DNA from: Setoptus koraiensis
Lineage: Eukaryota; Animalia; Arthropoda
Reading direction: 5' to 3'
Assembly (NCBI GenBank): GCA_048013815.1
Contig: CM106586.1
Span: 2,852,001 to 2,916,000, forward strand
Length of the DNA stretch: 64,000 nucleotides
The notes below the pieces were generated by a model. It did not search any database. It was not told the DNA's origin and saw nothing but the letters and a program-made list of their open reading frames with translations. The translations under genes and the position numbers were made by a program. Positions 25,740-38,918 of the stretch are shown in pieces. Position 1 is the first letter of the stretch. Every line of letters begins with the position of its first letter.

Positions 25740-28700
25740 ATGGCCCCAAGCAACTCTCACAGCCAGCTCTGCTCAATTGGGCTCCCGTTGGCCCTGCTGG
25801 CCGCCCTACTAGTGGCCGCCCGCAACCCGAGCGTGTCCGCCAGCAACTACATGCAAACCACCGACCACAATCAACAATCATTCAGATATATCAACAATGT
25901 TAACAACAGACAAGCAGCCAGCAAGCCCCAGTCACAACAGCAACAACAACAACAAATATCCCTGTCCTCGCATAATTCGCAACAGCAGCAGCAGCAACAA
26001 GCACCCATTATAGAGCATTTTTCATTTAATTCAAATGTGCAAGAAAATCAACGCCAATCATTACAATGTACAGTGTCCAGCGGTGATCTGCCCATCAAGC
26101 TTGTCTGGTACAAAGATGGCCTGTTGCTTACAAGAGAACTGGCACAGGCGAACGGCATTAAAATTAATCTTGTCGCAGACTATTTATCTACCATTTTGTT
26201 CCAAAGTATGAAATTAGAACATTCGGGCAACTACACATGCACGGCCCAAAACAAAGTGGGCACTGTGGCCCATTCAACGCAGCTTGTGGTGCACGGCGAG
26301 CCAAGATGGCTCAAGGAACCGCAACGCGATAGCATAACGCTCAGAGGACAAACAGTTGTTGTCGATTGTCAGACAATCGGCTATCCGAAGCCAACGCAAA
26401 CGTGGCTCTCTTCAAAATGTAAGTATTCAACCAACTTAATGATTCTGGTGCCAGCATCACGCAAGCCAACTACAGATATCATCTCGACAGCCAAACCATA
26501 GCGCCATATCCGATTCTATTGCTAATCTTTTCTTCAAATCTCGACGTCAACGACACTTCTGTGCAAACAACACAGTAGCTCACACAGAATATGAGCCCAT
26601 TGTTGCTAATGATCGTATTCACATTGCCACTAATGGATCTTTGATAATCAAACATGCCGATAAGAATGACGAGGCCAATTATCTGTGCAAATCAGTTAAT
26701 GGTATTGGTCAAGGATTGAGCGCTACCACAAAACTGCGAGTTAATGGTAAGTTTCTCCATCACAACATGCAATGCAATAAGCATAATTATCTATAATCTG
26801 ACTGACGAGCGGACAAGTTGTAAAAAGAGACTCTCATAATTAATCTTGTTGTTACAATATTGACTTGTTTCCACCACACGCACGTTCATACTTCACTATT
26901 CATTCATTAGTTCCAGCACATTTCAAATCTAAGTCGTCATCCATTGTGGTCCGAAAGCAAACAGATATTCAGCTGCGCTGCGATGTCATTGGTGATCAAC
27001 CAATCACAATTGAATGGTTCAAAAACAAACAAAAGTTACAACTTGACAGCGAACAAAGATATTCCGTCCATGAAACACAAACACCCAGTGGCCTGATATC
27101 TCTTTTGATCATTCGACAAGCTCAACGACAAGACAATTCAGTGTATGAATGTCACACACAAAATTTGGTTGGACGAGATGAACTTCTCATTGATTTGGCC
27201 GTGCAAGAGGAGCCTGATAGTATACAAGAGATACAAGCCACACAAATAGGCTCTAGGTCAATAACAATCGCTTGGACGTTACCTTACGACGGCAAGAGTC
27301 CCATACAAAGTTACTTGTTCCAGTACAAAGAGATCGCCGAACCAACTACAAATGATCCTACTGTTCTCGACTCTTATGTTGTTCACCAACCAGCTGTTGA
27401 TGATTGGATGAATGCTCAACGCGTTGTTGTGAGTTCAAATCAATCAAATTCATGCACAATCGACAAACTAGATCCATCAACTAAATATCTCATTAGAGCA
27501 TTGGCCATTAACGCCATCGGACAAAGCAAATTCAGTCATCCTATGGAGTTTCAAACTGATGAAGAAGCACCCGAATCTGGACCAACGTTCATACAAGCAA
27601 CTGCCTTGAATTCTACAAGTATCCTAGTTTCATGGCAAGAGGTGCCTAAAAGCAAACAGTTGGGTCGCATAAGCGGCTACTACATAGGTCACAAGGTTGC
27701 TAACACCTCACAAGCGTTCTTGTGGAACTCATTCATCATCAATGAGCTCCTGGTGAGTCAACAGCAGCATGAATCCATTAGTAATGGACACCAACAAATG
27801 GTTAATCAACAGAAGCTAGGCAGACGTCTGGATACTGTCATTAGTGATCTTAAGCGCGATACGACATATGAAATAACTGTTGTGGCTTTCAATTCACAAG
27901 GTAGCGGACCTTCTTCAGAATATGTGACATGTAAAACCAACGAAATGGATCCCCCAAAACCAGTCAAGATACAGATAAAACGATACACAAATGAGACAAT
28001 ATTTGTTGAGTGGCAACGCGATCCTACCGACCAAAATCCAGTCGATGACTATGTCTTGTTTCAAGAAAAAAATTCCGCCTCACAAGAGTGGCTACAAATT
28101 CGACTCCCTGGAAATCAAACTCAATATAAGGTAAGTTTCTCTAAACAATTCACCGCATATATCATGCCTGACAAATATTCCCAACGAACCCTTCCACTAA
28201 TACTCTGATTGCTTCTACGTTTGAATTTGTGATTACAGGCTCCAGGACTGAAGTGTGGCACAAGATATCAATTCTATATCATTGCATACAACAAGGTTGG
28301 AAAAAGCGCTCAAAGTGATGTAGTCAGCGCATCCACTAGTGGTGCCTTACCAATTGTACCTTCTAAGATGGCTTTAATCAAGATGGTCAACTCTACCTGC
28401 CTCAGTATCAATTTGAATTCCTTCCAAGATAGCGGTTGCAGAATCCGAAATGTGGCTCTCAGATACAAAATAGAAAAGACATCTACATTAGATGGCATGA
28501 ATTCAAACCAACAGCAAGCACAATCAAAAAGTATACCTTCGTCTTCTCAATCATCAGACTGGATAACAATCAGACAAAAAAGTAAACCATTCCAAAATCA
28601 GGAGGATCGAATTGAATATCTATGCAATTTGAGCCCAACTGGAGAATATACAATTCATGCCTCTGCTGGAAATGATGTCGGTCGATCCGAAATTGAACAT

Positions 28701-29546
28701 TCTGTTGTTATGTCATCGGACGAATGGCGTCAAGCCAATTTGATGCAAGTACTGTCTGAGAATATTGATGGCTGGTTCAATCTGCCCCTGTCCTACGTCA
28801 TATCTAGAGTTTCGCCAGTGCTCACTGTTATTGTGGCAGTTCTGCTAGTTAGCTTCATTTTCCTTTTGGCTTTTGTTGTATCAATGAGATGCTACAGATA
28901 CCTAAGTGAGGCAATCAAGATCAAGATAGCTCAGAGAAGAGCCGCAAGAAGAGTGAAAAAGGAGGCTGCAAGAAACAATATTAATAATGCCAATATCAAT
29001 GGCGAAACTGACATCGATGATGGCAATCTCGATGATGATGACGATGATGAGTTTGGTATGAACGGTATCGGTATGGATGGTGGACATTACATATCGAATT
29101 TGGCAAATTCAGGCTTCGAGACTTCCTCTACTGATAGCCGAGAAGTTGGATACGGTACTACACGTGGACTACACAAGAAGAGGAAACAGCAGCTAATGAG
29201 GCGCCAGCAAATGAGGAAATGCAGCAGTGCGGGTGCAACATTGAGTAATCGATACAACATGAAGACAAATCTCAGCCTCAATGATGCTGCTTTCATCATT
29301 GGCTCTTCACCTGATTTGATCAAAACACAAAATGACTCAAATAACAGACTGAAGAAGCAACAAGCCAAAAATTGTAACCACAAAATATCATCCGCCTCGT
29401 CGGCTTCAACTGATATTTGCTCATCAGGCTTTTTCATGTCATCATCCGCAGAGTCCATACCCAAGTTTCAATACTTGTCGGGTAAGAGAGATACTTGTGT
29501 CAAGATGAATGAATACACACCACTTCCTTACGATTATAGACAACAG

Positions 29547-29583
<37 letters not shown>

Positions 29584-30149
29584 TTCAACATCAGCACCAT
29601 CAGCAACAGCAGCAAACTCAAGACATCTACCGATCTGTTGCCTCCAATATGGAACCTACTTATTACTCCACTTTACGCCGTACTAGTATGCAATCATACG
29701 TGCCTGACAATCATCATAGGCATAATGAGAGCGCTGCGGAAATTTACGGCTACCACCACTACATGCCCACAGATGACGAAGCCAATCAAGCCAATAGTAT
29801 ATTAGTACCACCTCAAAATAATTCGGCTCAATACTCTTCACCACCAAGTATATCTTCAGTTACAGCAACTGCTGCCGCTCTTGGTTACCATCATCTACCA
29901 CCACCGATACCAACAGTAATGACTGGACCTCAACACATCGAGCCTACTTACGGCACATATACAACTGCAGCGCCTGGTCTGAATAATTCAAATCAATCGC
30001 ATTACCTGACAATGGATATGAGAACTAACGGACCAAGTCAGATGATGCATGCACCGATAGCATGCAGCCGATCACCATCGATGAATCATTCTAACTATTC
30101 TTCTCCTAGAATTCACTATGCTGACAAACCAGCACAGGCCTACCTATAA
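25740..30149 (+). CDS. Dscam: Shortened Dscam (sDscam-type): signal peptide, 3 Ig, 4 FNIII-like, TM, low-complexity cytoplasmic tail; join(25740-26418,26576-26746,26911-28130,28239-30149), about 1326 aa
   Basis: Signal peptide (IGLPLALLAALLVAA) precedes an Ig7-like domain (APIIEHFSF...LQCTVSSGDLPIKLVWYKDG...HSGNYTCTAQN), then Ig8-like (EPRWLKEP...DCQTIGYPKPTQTW / NGSLIIK...NYLCKSVNGIGQGLS), Ig9-like (VPAHF...LRCDVIGDQPITIEW), FNIII repeats and TM VLTVIVAVLLVSFIFLLAFVV. All three introns are GT-AG with compatible phases; summed exon length 3981 nt. Confidence 0.93.
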
Positions 30150-30509
30150 ACGATCTCCTCAAAATTGTCGACTAAACATTACTTCCTAACTGTGATCAAC
30201 AAGTCACTCTATTCAAACGAGAAAAAGTATATTCATTTTTAAGATTACTGTGCTGTTTGAACGGAATATAGCTTCGTCCTGCAATAATGTTAAACTCATC
30301 ACCTACATAATGTATTTTCTATGTATTAAATAAATAAATGAAAACAATAGCAACAATCCTCTCACACTAATCATCATCATTATGGTGATACCATCATTCT
30401 TTTGATACGCTCGATGACTGCCTGAATCGAATATCTACACTGGACATCTAAACGCATCTTTATTCAGAAGCCTATTTTTAAGAGCTTTCATGAGACCGTC
30501 AGACCGAGT

Positions 30510-31430
30510 GAAATAAGAATAGAATTGGTCACAAATTCGCAGCATTCGGTGGTGCGTGTGTGTGAAGCAATGCGAGAAAGAAGCTCTGAAATGTAATTCT
30601 CTTGTATTATGTAATGGATCATTAGGATCATTATGACAAACAAAGCTGTTTGCGAGTGCGCTTGGAACTGTCCGTTAACGTGTGCCAGTCGTACGACCGG
30701 AAAAGTGTGCAATGCTGATGTAATGTGCAAATCTGGCTGCAACGTGATGCGGTCAGCTTATCTGGCTAGCACAAATAGATGAGAGGAAAAAATTATGACA
30801 TTGCAGACGCAAATCCGATGATCAACAAATTGCATCTCTATTGCAATTGATGTTGTCATGCCCATCGGCCAAGATAGCTGACGACAATAATGAATGTGTG
30901 CTGAATAGTTGGGCAAGGACGCATACATACACACACATCGATGACTGGTCACTATACTGGTTGCTACAACAATGTTTGTTCGTGACAACAGGAAGTGACA
31001 GGATGTGGAGAAAAATGGCGGTGGCACACTTGTACTACTTCTGCTGCTTTTACTTGTTGTTGGTGTCGCTGTTGTTGTTGTTGTGCTACTAGTACCACTA
31101 CTAGTACCACTGCTATCGCCATTACTGGTGCAATTAGTGTACAAACACAACATTATTCGGGAATAAAAAAAACTCAACCAACGGAACGGAATAGAAAACG
31201 CCCTTTCAAAAAGCTCTACCAGAAGCATGTACTGATGGAAACAAACAACGGCAAGTTGAGCAGACCAACTCTGCCCAAAACTGCTACCACCGACGCATCA
31301 CATGAGTGTCAAAGCGGTTGCCAGGCAACGGCCCCATGCCAGAGATAGTTGTACTTGCAATGCAACAATTGCCGCAAATGGTTAGGCCTATGGTCCAGTG
31401 ACGACGGGCTCTGTGGCCGATCGCTGCTGA
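30510..31430 (+). repeat. Copy B of the diverged direct repeat (internally deleted relative to copy A)
   Basis: Collinear with about 12070-12560, 13800-14230 and 14370-14560; lacks the ~1.25 kb of copy A between about 12570 and 13800. Confidence 0.85.
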
Positions 31431-31921
31431 TCGATCATCGCCTTTCCGGTCCGGGCCATCATCGAGCGGGGGCTATAATGCCTATAACACCTCGGCACGT
31501 ACACGGGTTGAACACTGGCCGTCCTATGTATGCAGCCTTCTCTCCTTTTACTCCTAGAAATTCAAAATTATTTTCATGACTAACCCGTCGATTCCGATGA
31601 CATTAAATGAGGCCTCGATAAGGCCCAATATATGTAGATATTCTACGTGATACTCCGATTGAGAATACTGGCGAATTCTATTCATGTTAGTGTGGCACAG
31701 AATAGAAAAATTATCGTGAATAGCGTAAATACATATTCATGAACATATGCATTTTGAGGCATTTTTCTGCAGAAAAAAATTCAAATTTCGCACCATTGCT
31801 GTAGTGCACAAAGAAGCACATGTTTCTTCCAACATTGTTTTGAAAGAATCAAGCATCACGTTTTTTGTAACAAATATAACAATTGAGCAATAACATTAGG
31901 AAGATTCGAAATATCTTTATC

Positions 31922-32857
31922 ATGGAATCCAATTTGGAAATAGTGGTTGGCACCTACGAGGATTTCGTTGTGGGTTACAAGCTTGAATCGGGTAACCTGA
32001 TTCAATCGTTTTCGGACAGAGCACATTCCGGTAGTGTTAGGAGTATTGATTCATCATTCGATGGTCGTCTAATGGCCTCAGCTGGCATCGATGAAAGTAT
32101 CCATGTGTTCGATTTAAAGAAACGAACTGAAATAAGCCAGATCAGATCGGACAATGATGGCGCAATTAACTGTGTTAAATTTTTTGACAAATCTCACCTA
32201 TTTGCTGGCTCAGAGGATGGAAATATTTACATTTACGACTGTAGGCAGGCGTTCAAATTAGTCAAGACATTGCAGGGTCACAAGCAGGCTGTCACATGGC
32301 TAAGTGTGCACCCTTCTGGCAAGATTTTACTTTCTGTATCAAAAGATGGAACACTCAGAACATGGAATCTAATCAAGGGCCGGTGTGCATATGTAACAAA
32401 TCTCAAGTTGACCTCACATTTCGTCAGTTGGTCCATATCTGGTGGTTACTTTTTGATAGCTGTTAATAACACCATAGATGTTTATAACGTTTCAGATGGC
32501 TCGGTATCTCACACGGTTACCTTCGATAAGAGGGTCAATCATGTAGAATTTTTAACCGAGCACATTGTGGCCGTAGCGAAGGATTCACCGTTGTTGGTCT
32601 TTTACGACGTTGCTGCCAAGAAGACCCTGCTTGAGTGTGAAGCTCACAGTAACCGCATAAAAGCTTTGAAAATTGTTCACGACGAGGACGACGAAGACGC
32701 ATCGAAAAAGAAATTAATCACAATATCCAGTGACTCCAGCATAAAGCTATGGAATGTGTGTATTGGAGAAAATATTGAAATGCCCCAATTGTTAGCTTCA
32801 GTGGACACTGGTGCACGGCTCACCTGTCTCACATACAGCCTTTTGAAACTGGGTTAG
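31922..32857 (+). CDS. PAK1IP1: PAK1-interacting protein 1 / Mak11-like WD40 60S biogenesis factor, intronless
   Basis: MESNLEIVVGTYE, AHSGSVRS, SAGIDESIHVFD, LSVHPSGKILLSVSKDGTLRTWNLIKGRCAYVTNL, C-terminal GARLTCL. Confidence 0.92.
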   Translation: MESNLEIVVGTYEDFVVGYKLESGNLIQSFSDRAHSGSVRSIDSSFDGRLMASAGIDESIHVFDLKKRTEISQIRSDNDGAINCVKFFDKSHLFAGSEDGNIYIYDCRQAFKLVKTLQGHKQAVTWLSVHPSGKILLSVSKDGTLRTWNLIKGRCAYVTNLKLTSHFVSWSISGGYFLIAVNNTIDVYNVSDGSVSHTVTFDKRVNHVEFLTEHIVAVAKDSPLLVFYDVAAKKTLLECEAHSNRIKALKIVHDEDDEDASKKKLITISSDSSIKLWNVCIGENIEMPQLLASVDTGARLTCLTYSLLKLG

Positions 32858-32935
32858 TCGAAATAAAATCTATCAAATCAAATTTATTTATCATATTTAC
32901 AGCTATATTACACTTATGTTGTTGCCTGTATTGTG

Positions 32936-35900
32936 CTACTTAAAGCCGAAGGCAGCCGCTATGCCACCCGCCTCCTCTTGCCAGGCTGTCAGATCTAGAT
33001 CGGGCACCTGAGAGCAGGGTACGCGCGGATTATAGATTGGGTGGGGCAGTCGGAGCACTTGAGGTTGAATTGTTGTCAAAAAGTCCGAATTATAACAGAA
33101 CAGACGCGCCTGTGTGGCCTTGCGAATTTCGGCCAATTGTGCAACAGTGAACGAGGCTGGCGTGTTGGAATTCTCAAACCAGAAGCGGTCGCCACGCCGG
33201 ATATTGGAGAACTGACGTGCAATGATGCAGGCAAATGTGGGCCCCACTTGCGAACCTGGCAAGCGTCGTTCTGAGATACCGCCGGACCAGAGATCAATGT
33301 CGTCCACGTGCTTATAGAGACGCGAATAATAATAGGCAGTTCTGTTGTTGAGATAGGGCTCCAAATCATCAAATGTTTTTGCCCTAGGCAAACCGCACCA
33401 CTCGCGGTAATAGTTGTAGCCGGGCGTTCCTTGTTCTCGGCCGCGCGCCAAATTAATAGCGGGCAAATCCATGCCAACGTGCTCGCCGGGCTCCTGAAAC
33501 AAGTGGCCCGCTATCTCTTCTGTTATGAAAGGATCGTAGGTTTGCGCGGGCGTGTTCAGCACACCAGTCAGTATTTCGTCCATTCTACCTGGCTGATAAT
33601 AATGGAATGGTCGCTTGAACATGGTTCGCAATTGTTCCGATCCCAAGAATTCGTGATTCCTGTTGTAGCGTCTCACCTTGCCTTGAATAAACGTGTGACC
33701 CTGTCTGAATGCGGCCGTTGTGAAGCCTTGCGATATAGACGGCGTCACGTTGGGATCGTAACCGTCCCAATATCCTTGCGACTCTGTCAAATTATACAAT
33801 CGCATCATGTCGTGGCCCACAAGCAATGGTAGATATTCATTGAGCAGTATGTGCTGCACAGTGGCGGCCTGGATATGACGCGTCTCATGGTACAACTTGT
33901 CGTCGTCCCAATGGGGATTTATTTGAGCCAAATCACGGGCCATCCTATTGTGATCCCTGACATACAAGGTGTGCATCATTGTTAGTGTTGGTTGTTCGTT
34001 GACGCGCTCATCGCCACCGAAAAAACAATAAGTGTTAGCGGGCCGACCAAAACAATCTAAATCGGGCTTATCCAACTGTTGTGGCATCAGTGGTTTAAGA
34101 TTCAAATGATCAAAAACATTTTGCACCTTCAGCTGGCCACCCTGAAACAATCGCAACTTGTCGGCAATGTCCTTCGTCGATCCGTAGATGGTGTTGGCGT
34201 CTATTGTGGCCGTGATTGTGTTGATGTGCACTCTCGGACCTATCGCGTTTCGTTTTGTATCATACGGGGATGAAGAGAGTTCAGAGTTAAAAGTTAGTTT
34301 TCGCAAGTTCAATTGTTGTTGAAATCGCCCGCTTAGTTTTGCGTATATTTCCCGGAAGTTTAGCGCCCTCATAAGCGCTGGCAAGAACAACTAACTAATT
34401 GGGGTAATTAATACATTGTTCCGGCAGCAACAGTTCTAAGCCATGGTCTGGACCACCCAAAGTCCCAGCCGACTTCGTCCAACGGTCGAAATGGTCGGAA
34501 GTGGTTTAACCATTGAGTTTCTACCGGCACGCTAGACACATCTGACTAGATGATGTGAAAAAATGGACAGATGCCCATAATTCAACAGGACTTGCTAAGG
34601 AGCTGGACTATTGTGCAATACAAGTGCGCGTTCGTTAACATCGTCTGACCGGACAATAATAACGTTCTCGATAAATTACCTTCGCCACGCTAATATCTCG
34701 ATGTTAATTACATTAATGAATCAAATTGACTGAGTCTCGACTGGCACACAACCTCGACTTAGCTTACCTAGAGCACAATTGGGTCTAATGCCTGCTAGTG
34801 ATCGCTTGAAATCCATACATTTCATATTGTAACGACTGTACAGGGGATCGTTGTCCGGTATCTCGATTGGTTTGCAATTGGGATGTTGACGCTTACAACA
34901 ATTGAAGTCCATGCCGTGCTCATCTTAATTGTTACATCAGGGAGAATTATAGTGATAGAGCGAGAACGTAATTGTGAGATTGATCGTTACGCAAAAATGA
35001 AATTGTTGATTCATTTGTTGTATCGGACACACATAAATCAGCTTGCATGACAGGTTATGTAAATAAGCAAATGCGAACTGACAGACCGTTAATTGCAAAA
35101 CGGGATACTCTAACACATCGTAGAGCTGCATGCCCAATCATACTTGATGTTGACGCAAAGCCACTTCATTTCACTTCAATTTGAATTTTTTCAACATTTT
35201 TCAAAATTGTGACGATCGCACACAACCGACAAACTGTGTGCCGAGTGAGCCTTCGACAAGTGTCTGTCAGCCTGTTGATGGGCTGGCCAGACAGTCGGTA
35301 GGACACGCACAACTGAATGTAACCATCAGGCCACAGGTGAAACTGGCTGCTTGTCAAACTTGTGGTCCGACAGAGACGCTGAAAGCAATTTGCTAGCCAG
35401 TGCCGTTGTTTGCTTACCTCTTGGAGGTGCCGCCAATGCGACATCGTGATCAATTATCTGACCCCAGCTCATGATTAGCAGCGACAAATCGCTCGAAGGT
35501 TGATCGTGATCCCTATGAACAATAGAGGTTACCAGACGGGGCGAGGGAAGCGGCGCTCCGCCAACCACGGACACCCGTTCCGCTTGTATGCCGTCCGGAT
35601 GCATGGGAGGCAGATAGCGCACGAAGGGAGTTTGTGCCGCGCCCCAGGCAGGATATTTCAAATTGTTGCAATGGCCCGTGAAGGATCTGTAGCGCGTTAG
35701 TTTGCATTCTATTGGTTTCACCATGAGCGGACATATTGGCCAGAACATGGTTTTTGACATGTCTATCAGTGGTAGGCCATTGAGTATTTCGTCGTTGGAC
35801 AAATCAAATCTATTGGCCAATATGCGCGTCACCTCCTGATTGAGTTCGCCTATTGCCGCTATGCTGACCACGGCCGGCTCAATGCTGTTGACGGCCTCAC

Positions 35901-36909
35901 TGTGAGCATAGTCGTCGAATTGCAGCCTGTATTTAGCCTCTTGAATGGCCTTGTTGACGTCGTTGTAGGTGATGCAGAGTCGTTCGCGCTTCTTATTGTT
36001 TGAGTTTGTCACCTTGTTCAAATTGAATGCAGAGCGCGCACTCTGACCGATGGCCAGAATATTGTCGAATAAGTTGGCGAATGTTGCGCCCCCGTTGGAG
36101 GTGGTAGCCGACGTGTCGATATTGTTAGTTGGATCGTCATTGTCGGTGATGTTAATTAAATCGTCGGCCACCTTCTTCACATAGGTTCGTTGCAAAATGA
36201 GAGCGCATTTAGTTGACTGTTGCTGTCTGCTGCCTGTTGCCGTTAATTGTTGCGCAATATTGGCCAGTTTAAGCGGAACACTGTTACCGTTGTTGCCCGT
36301 CAGAGCCAACGCCTGTGGCTGAACTTGACCGTTGACCGCTTGCAAGTTGCCGCTGTGGTAGTCGCTGTTTACCTGTCGCCCGTATCGCAGCTGCTGCTGC
36401 TGCTGTTGCTGCTGGCCCACTGCTTTGCTGTTTACGTGGGCCGCGGGACTCTTCAGCGTCTTAACTGCACTTCCGGCCGCGCCGCCTTTCACCTGTCCGG
36501 CCATGAAGCTCTTGTAGGCCGGCTTGCTTTGCATGTCGGCGTCTGCCGACGCGAATACGGCCGACAGAAGGGGATTCTTTTTGGCTGGCGTTGCGTAAAT
36601 CAAATTGTGACTCGAGGGTGACTGAAGGTGGCTGTCGAATAGTTGCTGTTGGTCGTTGTGAACAGTGGTGGTTGAGCTCATCATCAGCGGTTGTGGGTAG
36701 TGTTGATTGTAATTGGGCTCGTTTAAATTATGGTAGATCACATGATGTTGTTGGCTGATGGTGGTCGGCGGCGCTGCTGCTGCTGTCTCACTGTTTAAGC
36801 TGCCATCAGCGACACTGAATGCCAGCACCACCTTTTGACTATGGTGTGTAGTTAACAGTAACAAAGTGACCATTACAGTGACAAAGTTAGTGCAAAAGTA
36901 TGTCCACAT
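32936..36909 (-). CDS. Secreted animal heme peroxidase (chorion peroxidase/curly-Su-like); complement join(35418-36909,34768-34923,32936-34239), about 983 aa (alternative upstream ATG at 37053)
   Basis: RYRSFTGHCNNLKYPAWGAAQTPFVRYLPP, distal WGQIIDHD, DANTIYGS, GDERVNEQP, proximal AAFRQGH, DLPAINLARGRE, VGPTFACIIARQFSNIRRGDRFWFEN; two phase-1 GT-AG introns; hydrophobic N-terminus (VTVMVTLLLLT). Confidence 0.93.
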
Positions 36910-38813
36910 TGTGTAGAGATTGTAGTGAGCAATTGTGACGCTATTGTTGTTGCTGTTGTTGTTGCTGTTTTGTTGCACCGTTGTCTTGTGCTTCCTCTTT
37001 CTCTTGTACATGAGATCGGTGGCCGGATCGGTTTGTTTGTCCGGGAGCCTCATCTTGAGTTTGTTGCGCACACAATTGATTAATCGATCGATTAATTATC
37101 TAATTATCCGACTGCTGGAGTGTGTTACTAGAAGTGTGTTGATTGGGGTGCGTTAATTGGGGTGCGTTAATTGGAGTGTGTGTGTGTGTGTGTGTGTAAG
37201 TGCGGGGCCAGGGCAAAACTGGGTCAGTTGGGGTTCATCACCGTCAGCGAATTCGCATTCTCAGTGGACGCGCTTTCTACATGGTCCGCGACTCTCTACA
37301 CGGTCACTCGGCACGATATACATGACGATATACATGCCAGCCGAAATCGCAAGCGGATAGTGCCAGCCCGGCGGCGACCTTGTTGCTCGCTGGCCACTGC
37401 GTCTACACTTTTCACGGCCGACGGTCGACGGTGCGACAATCGTGCAATTTTGCAAAATTTAATTGAAATTGCAAGAATGCAAGAATGCAAAATTGCAAAA
37501 TTGCAAAATTTCATTCAAAATTTGCATGCAATTTCAATCATTAAACTATCCGGCGAATTAGCATGCTGGCCATCGGAGCTGCTGTTGCAACAACTGTATC
37601 AACTTACCTTTGTAGTTTGTAGTTGCAGCGCTCACCAATTGTGCTGCCAGTTGCTGCTGGCGATATTTCAGTATTAGTGTATCAGTTATTGTGGCGCTAG
37701 TGGCAGTTGCTGAAATTCACTTAATTAAACTTCCTCTCGCTAATCTGATACCAAATTACAAGTGGCTGAATGCTTACATTTTGTTGGCCGCGGCGTTGTT
37801 TCGTTGTTGGTGCCATTTGTCACTTGACAACTGCAACTGGCGCCTTACTAACAGCGATTTGTAACAATAATAATAGTCTGATAATTGTCGCCTTCTTGCT
37901 GCCGACTCACTAACGTTGTTGTTGTTGTTGTTGTGTGCATTCAAGATGCAGACTGGTCGGCCAATACTTGATACAAGGACAAGGTTGCGCGGCGCCCGAT
38001 ATTGTCGGCTCACACGAGATGTGCGAGCAAACGGTGACACTTGTTGCACTAATTAATTAGCGTAAAACACTGCCGATGGATGAGCGCTGGACAGTGGAGA
38101 CAGGTAACTACTAATTAGTGACTAATAAACGAATAACTAAGTCAATAACTGTTAGCGACCAACTGATGGATGGATCTGTTGTGAGTCGTTGGCTGCTGCT
38201 ACTGCTCTAATTGTAATGCCGTTATCGCTGTCAATTTGCGCTGTCAAATAGTTATTATTATTGATTGCTGTTGGTTGTTTACTTTTTTGCAGCCGCAACT
38301 TGTAGCGCTGTAGCGTGTATGTAATGTTATGATCTGGACATCACGTTGCGCGATGTTTCAATGACACGTCGATAGGTCGTTTCCTCTATGAGTATAGACA
38401 AATGACTTTTGTCAATACAACGAGACTTGTAAAACAACAACAACGACAACACCAACTGTTGCAATTTGTGAATAAACAAACATCTATCGGCTGGCCAAGA
38501 TAACACAGCCAGAGAATAAAGAAGGCAAAAGCAAAGTTTTTTTTTTCACATGATTTATCGATTGTCGAGCTCGTGCTCTAATGAGCGCCATTCATTCGAT
38601 AGATTATTATTCTGGGTGGTTCCCTACCAGGCCGTTGCAATCTCTGCGTTCCCCATAACGGCTGGTAATAATGATAATTTCGCCAGATAGACGCGACACA
38701 GACCGCCTCCCCCTCCTCGTCTGAGCGACACATTGCTGGCTTGGCTGACATGACACAGCCAGACGCTGGCTAGCCAGCCAGACAGCCAGCCAGCGTGCAT
38801 GTATATATATCCT

Positions 38814-38918
38814 TGTTGTTGTTGTCGTTGTTGTTGTTGCTGTTGTTGCTGTTGTCGTTGCTGTTGCTGTTGTTGCTGTTGTTGCTGTCGTTGCTGTCGT
38901 TGCTGTTGTTGCTGTTGT
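38814..38918. repeat. Compound GTT/GCT/GTC trinucleotide tract
   Basis: Direct reading; yields poly-Q and poly-T ORFs on the minus strand. Confidence 0.9.
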
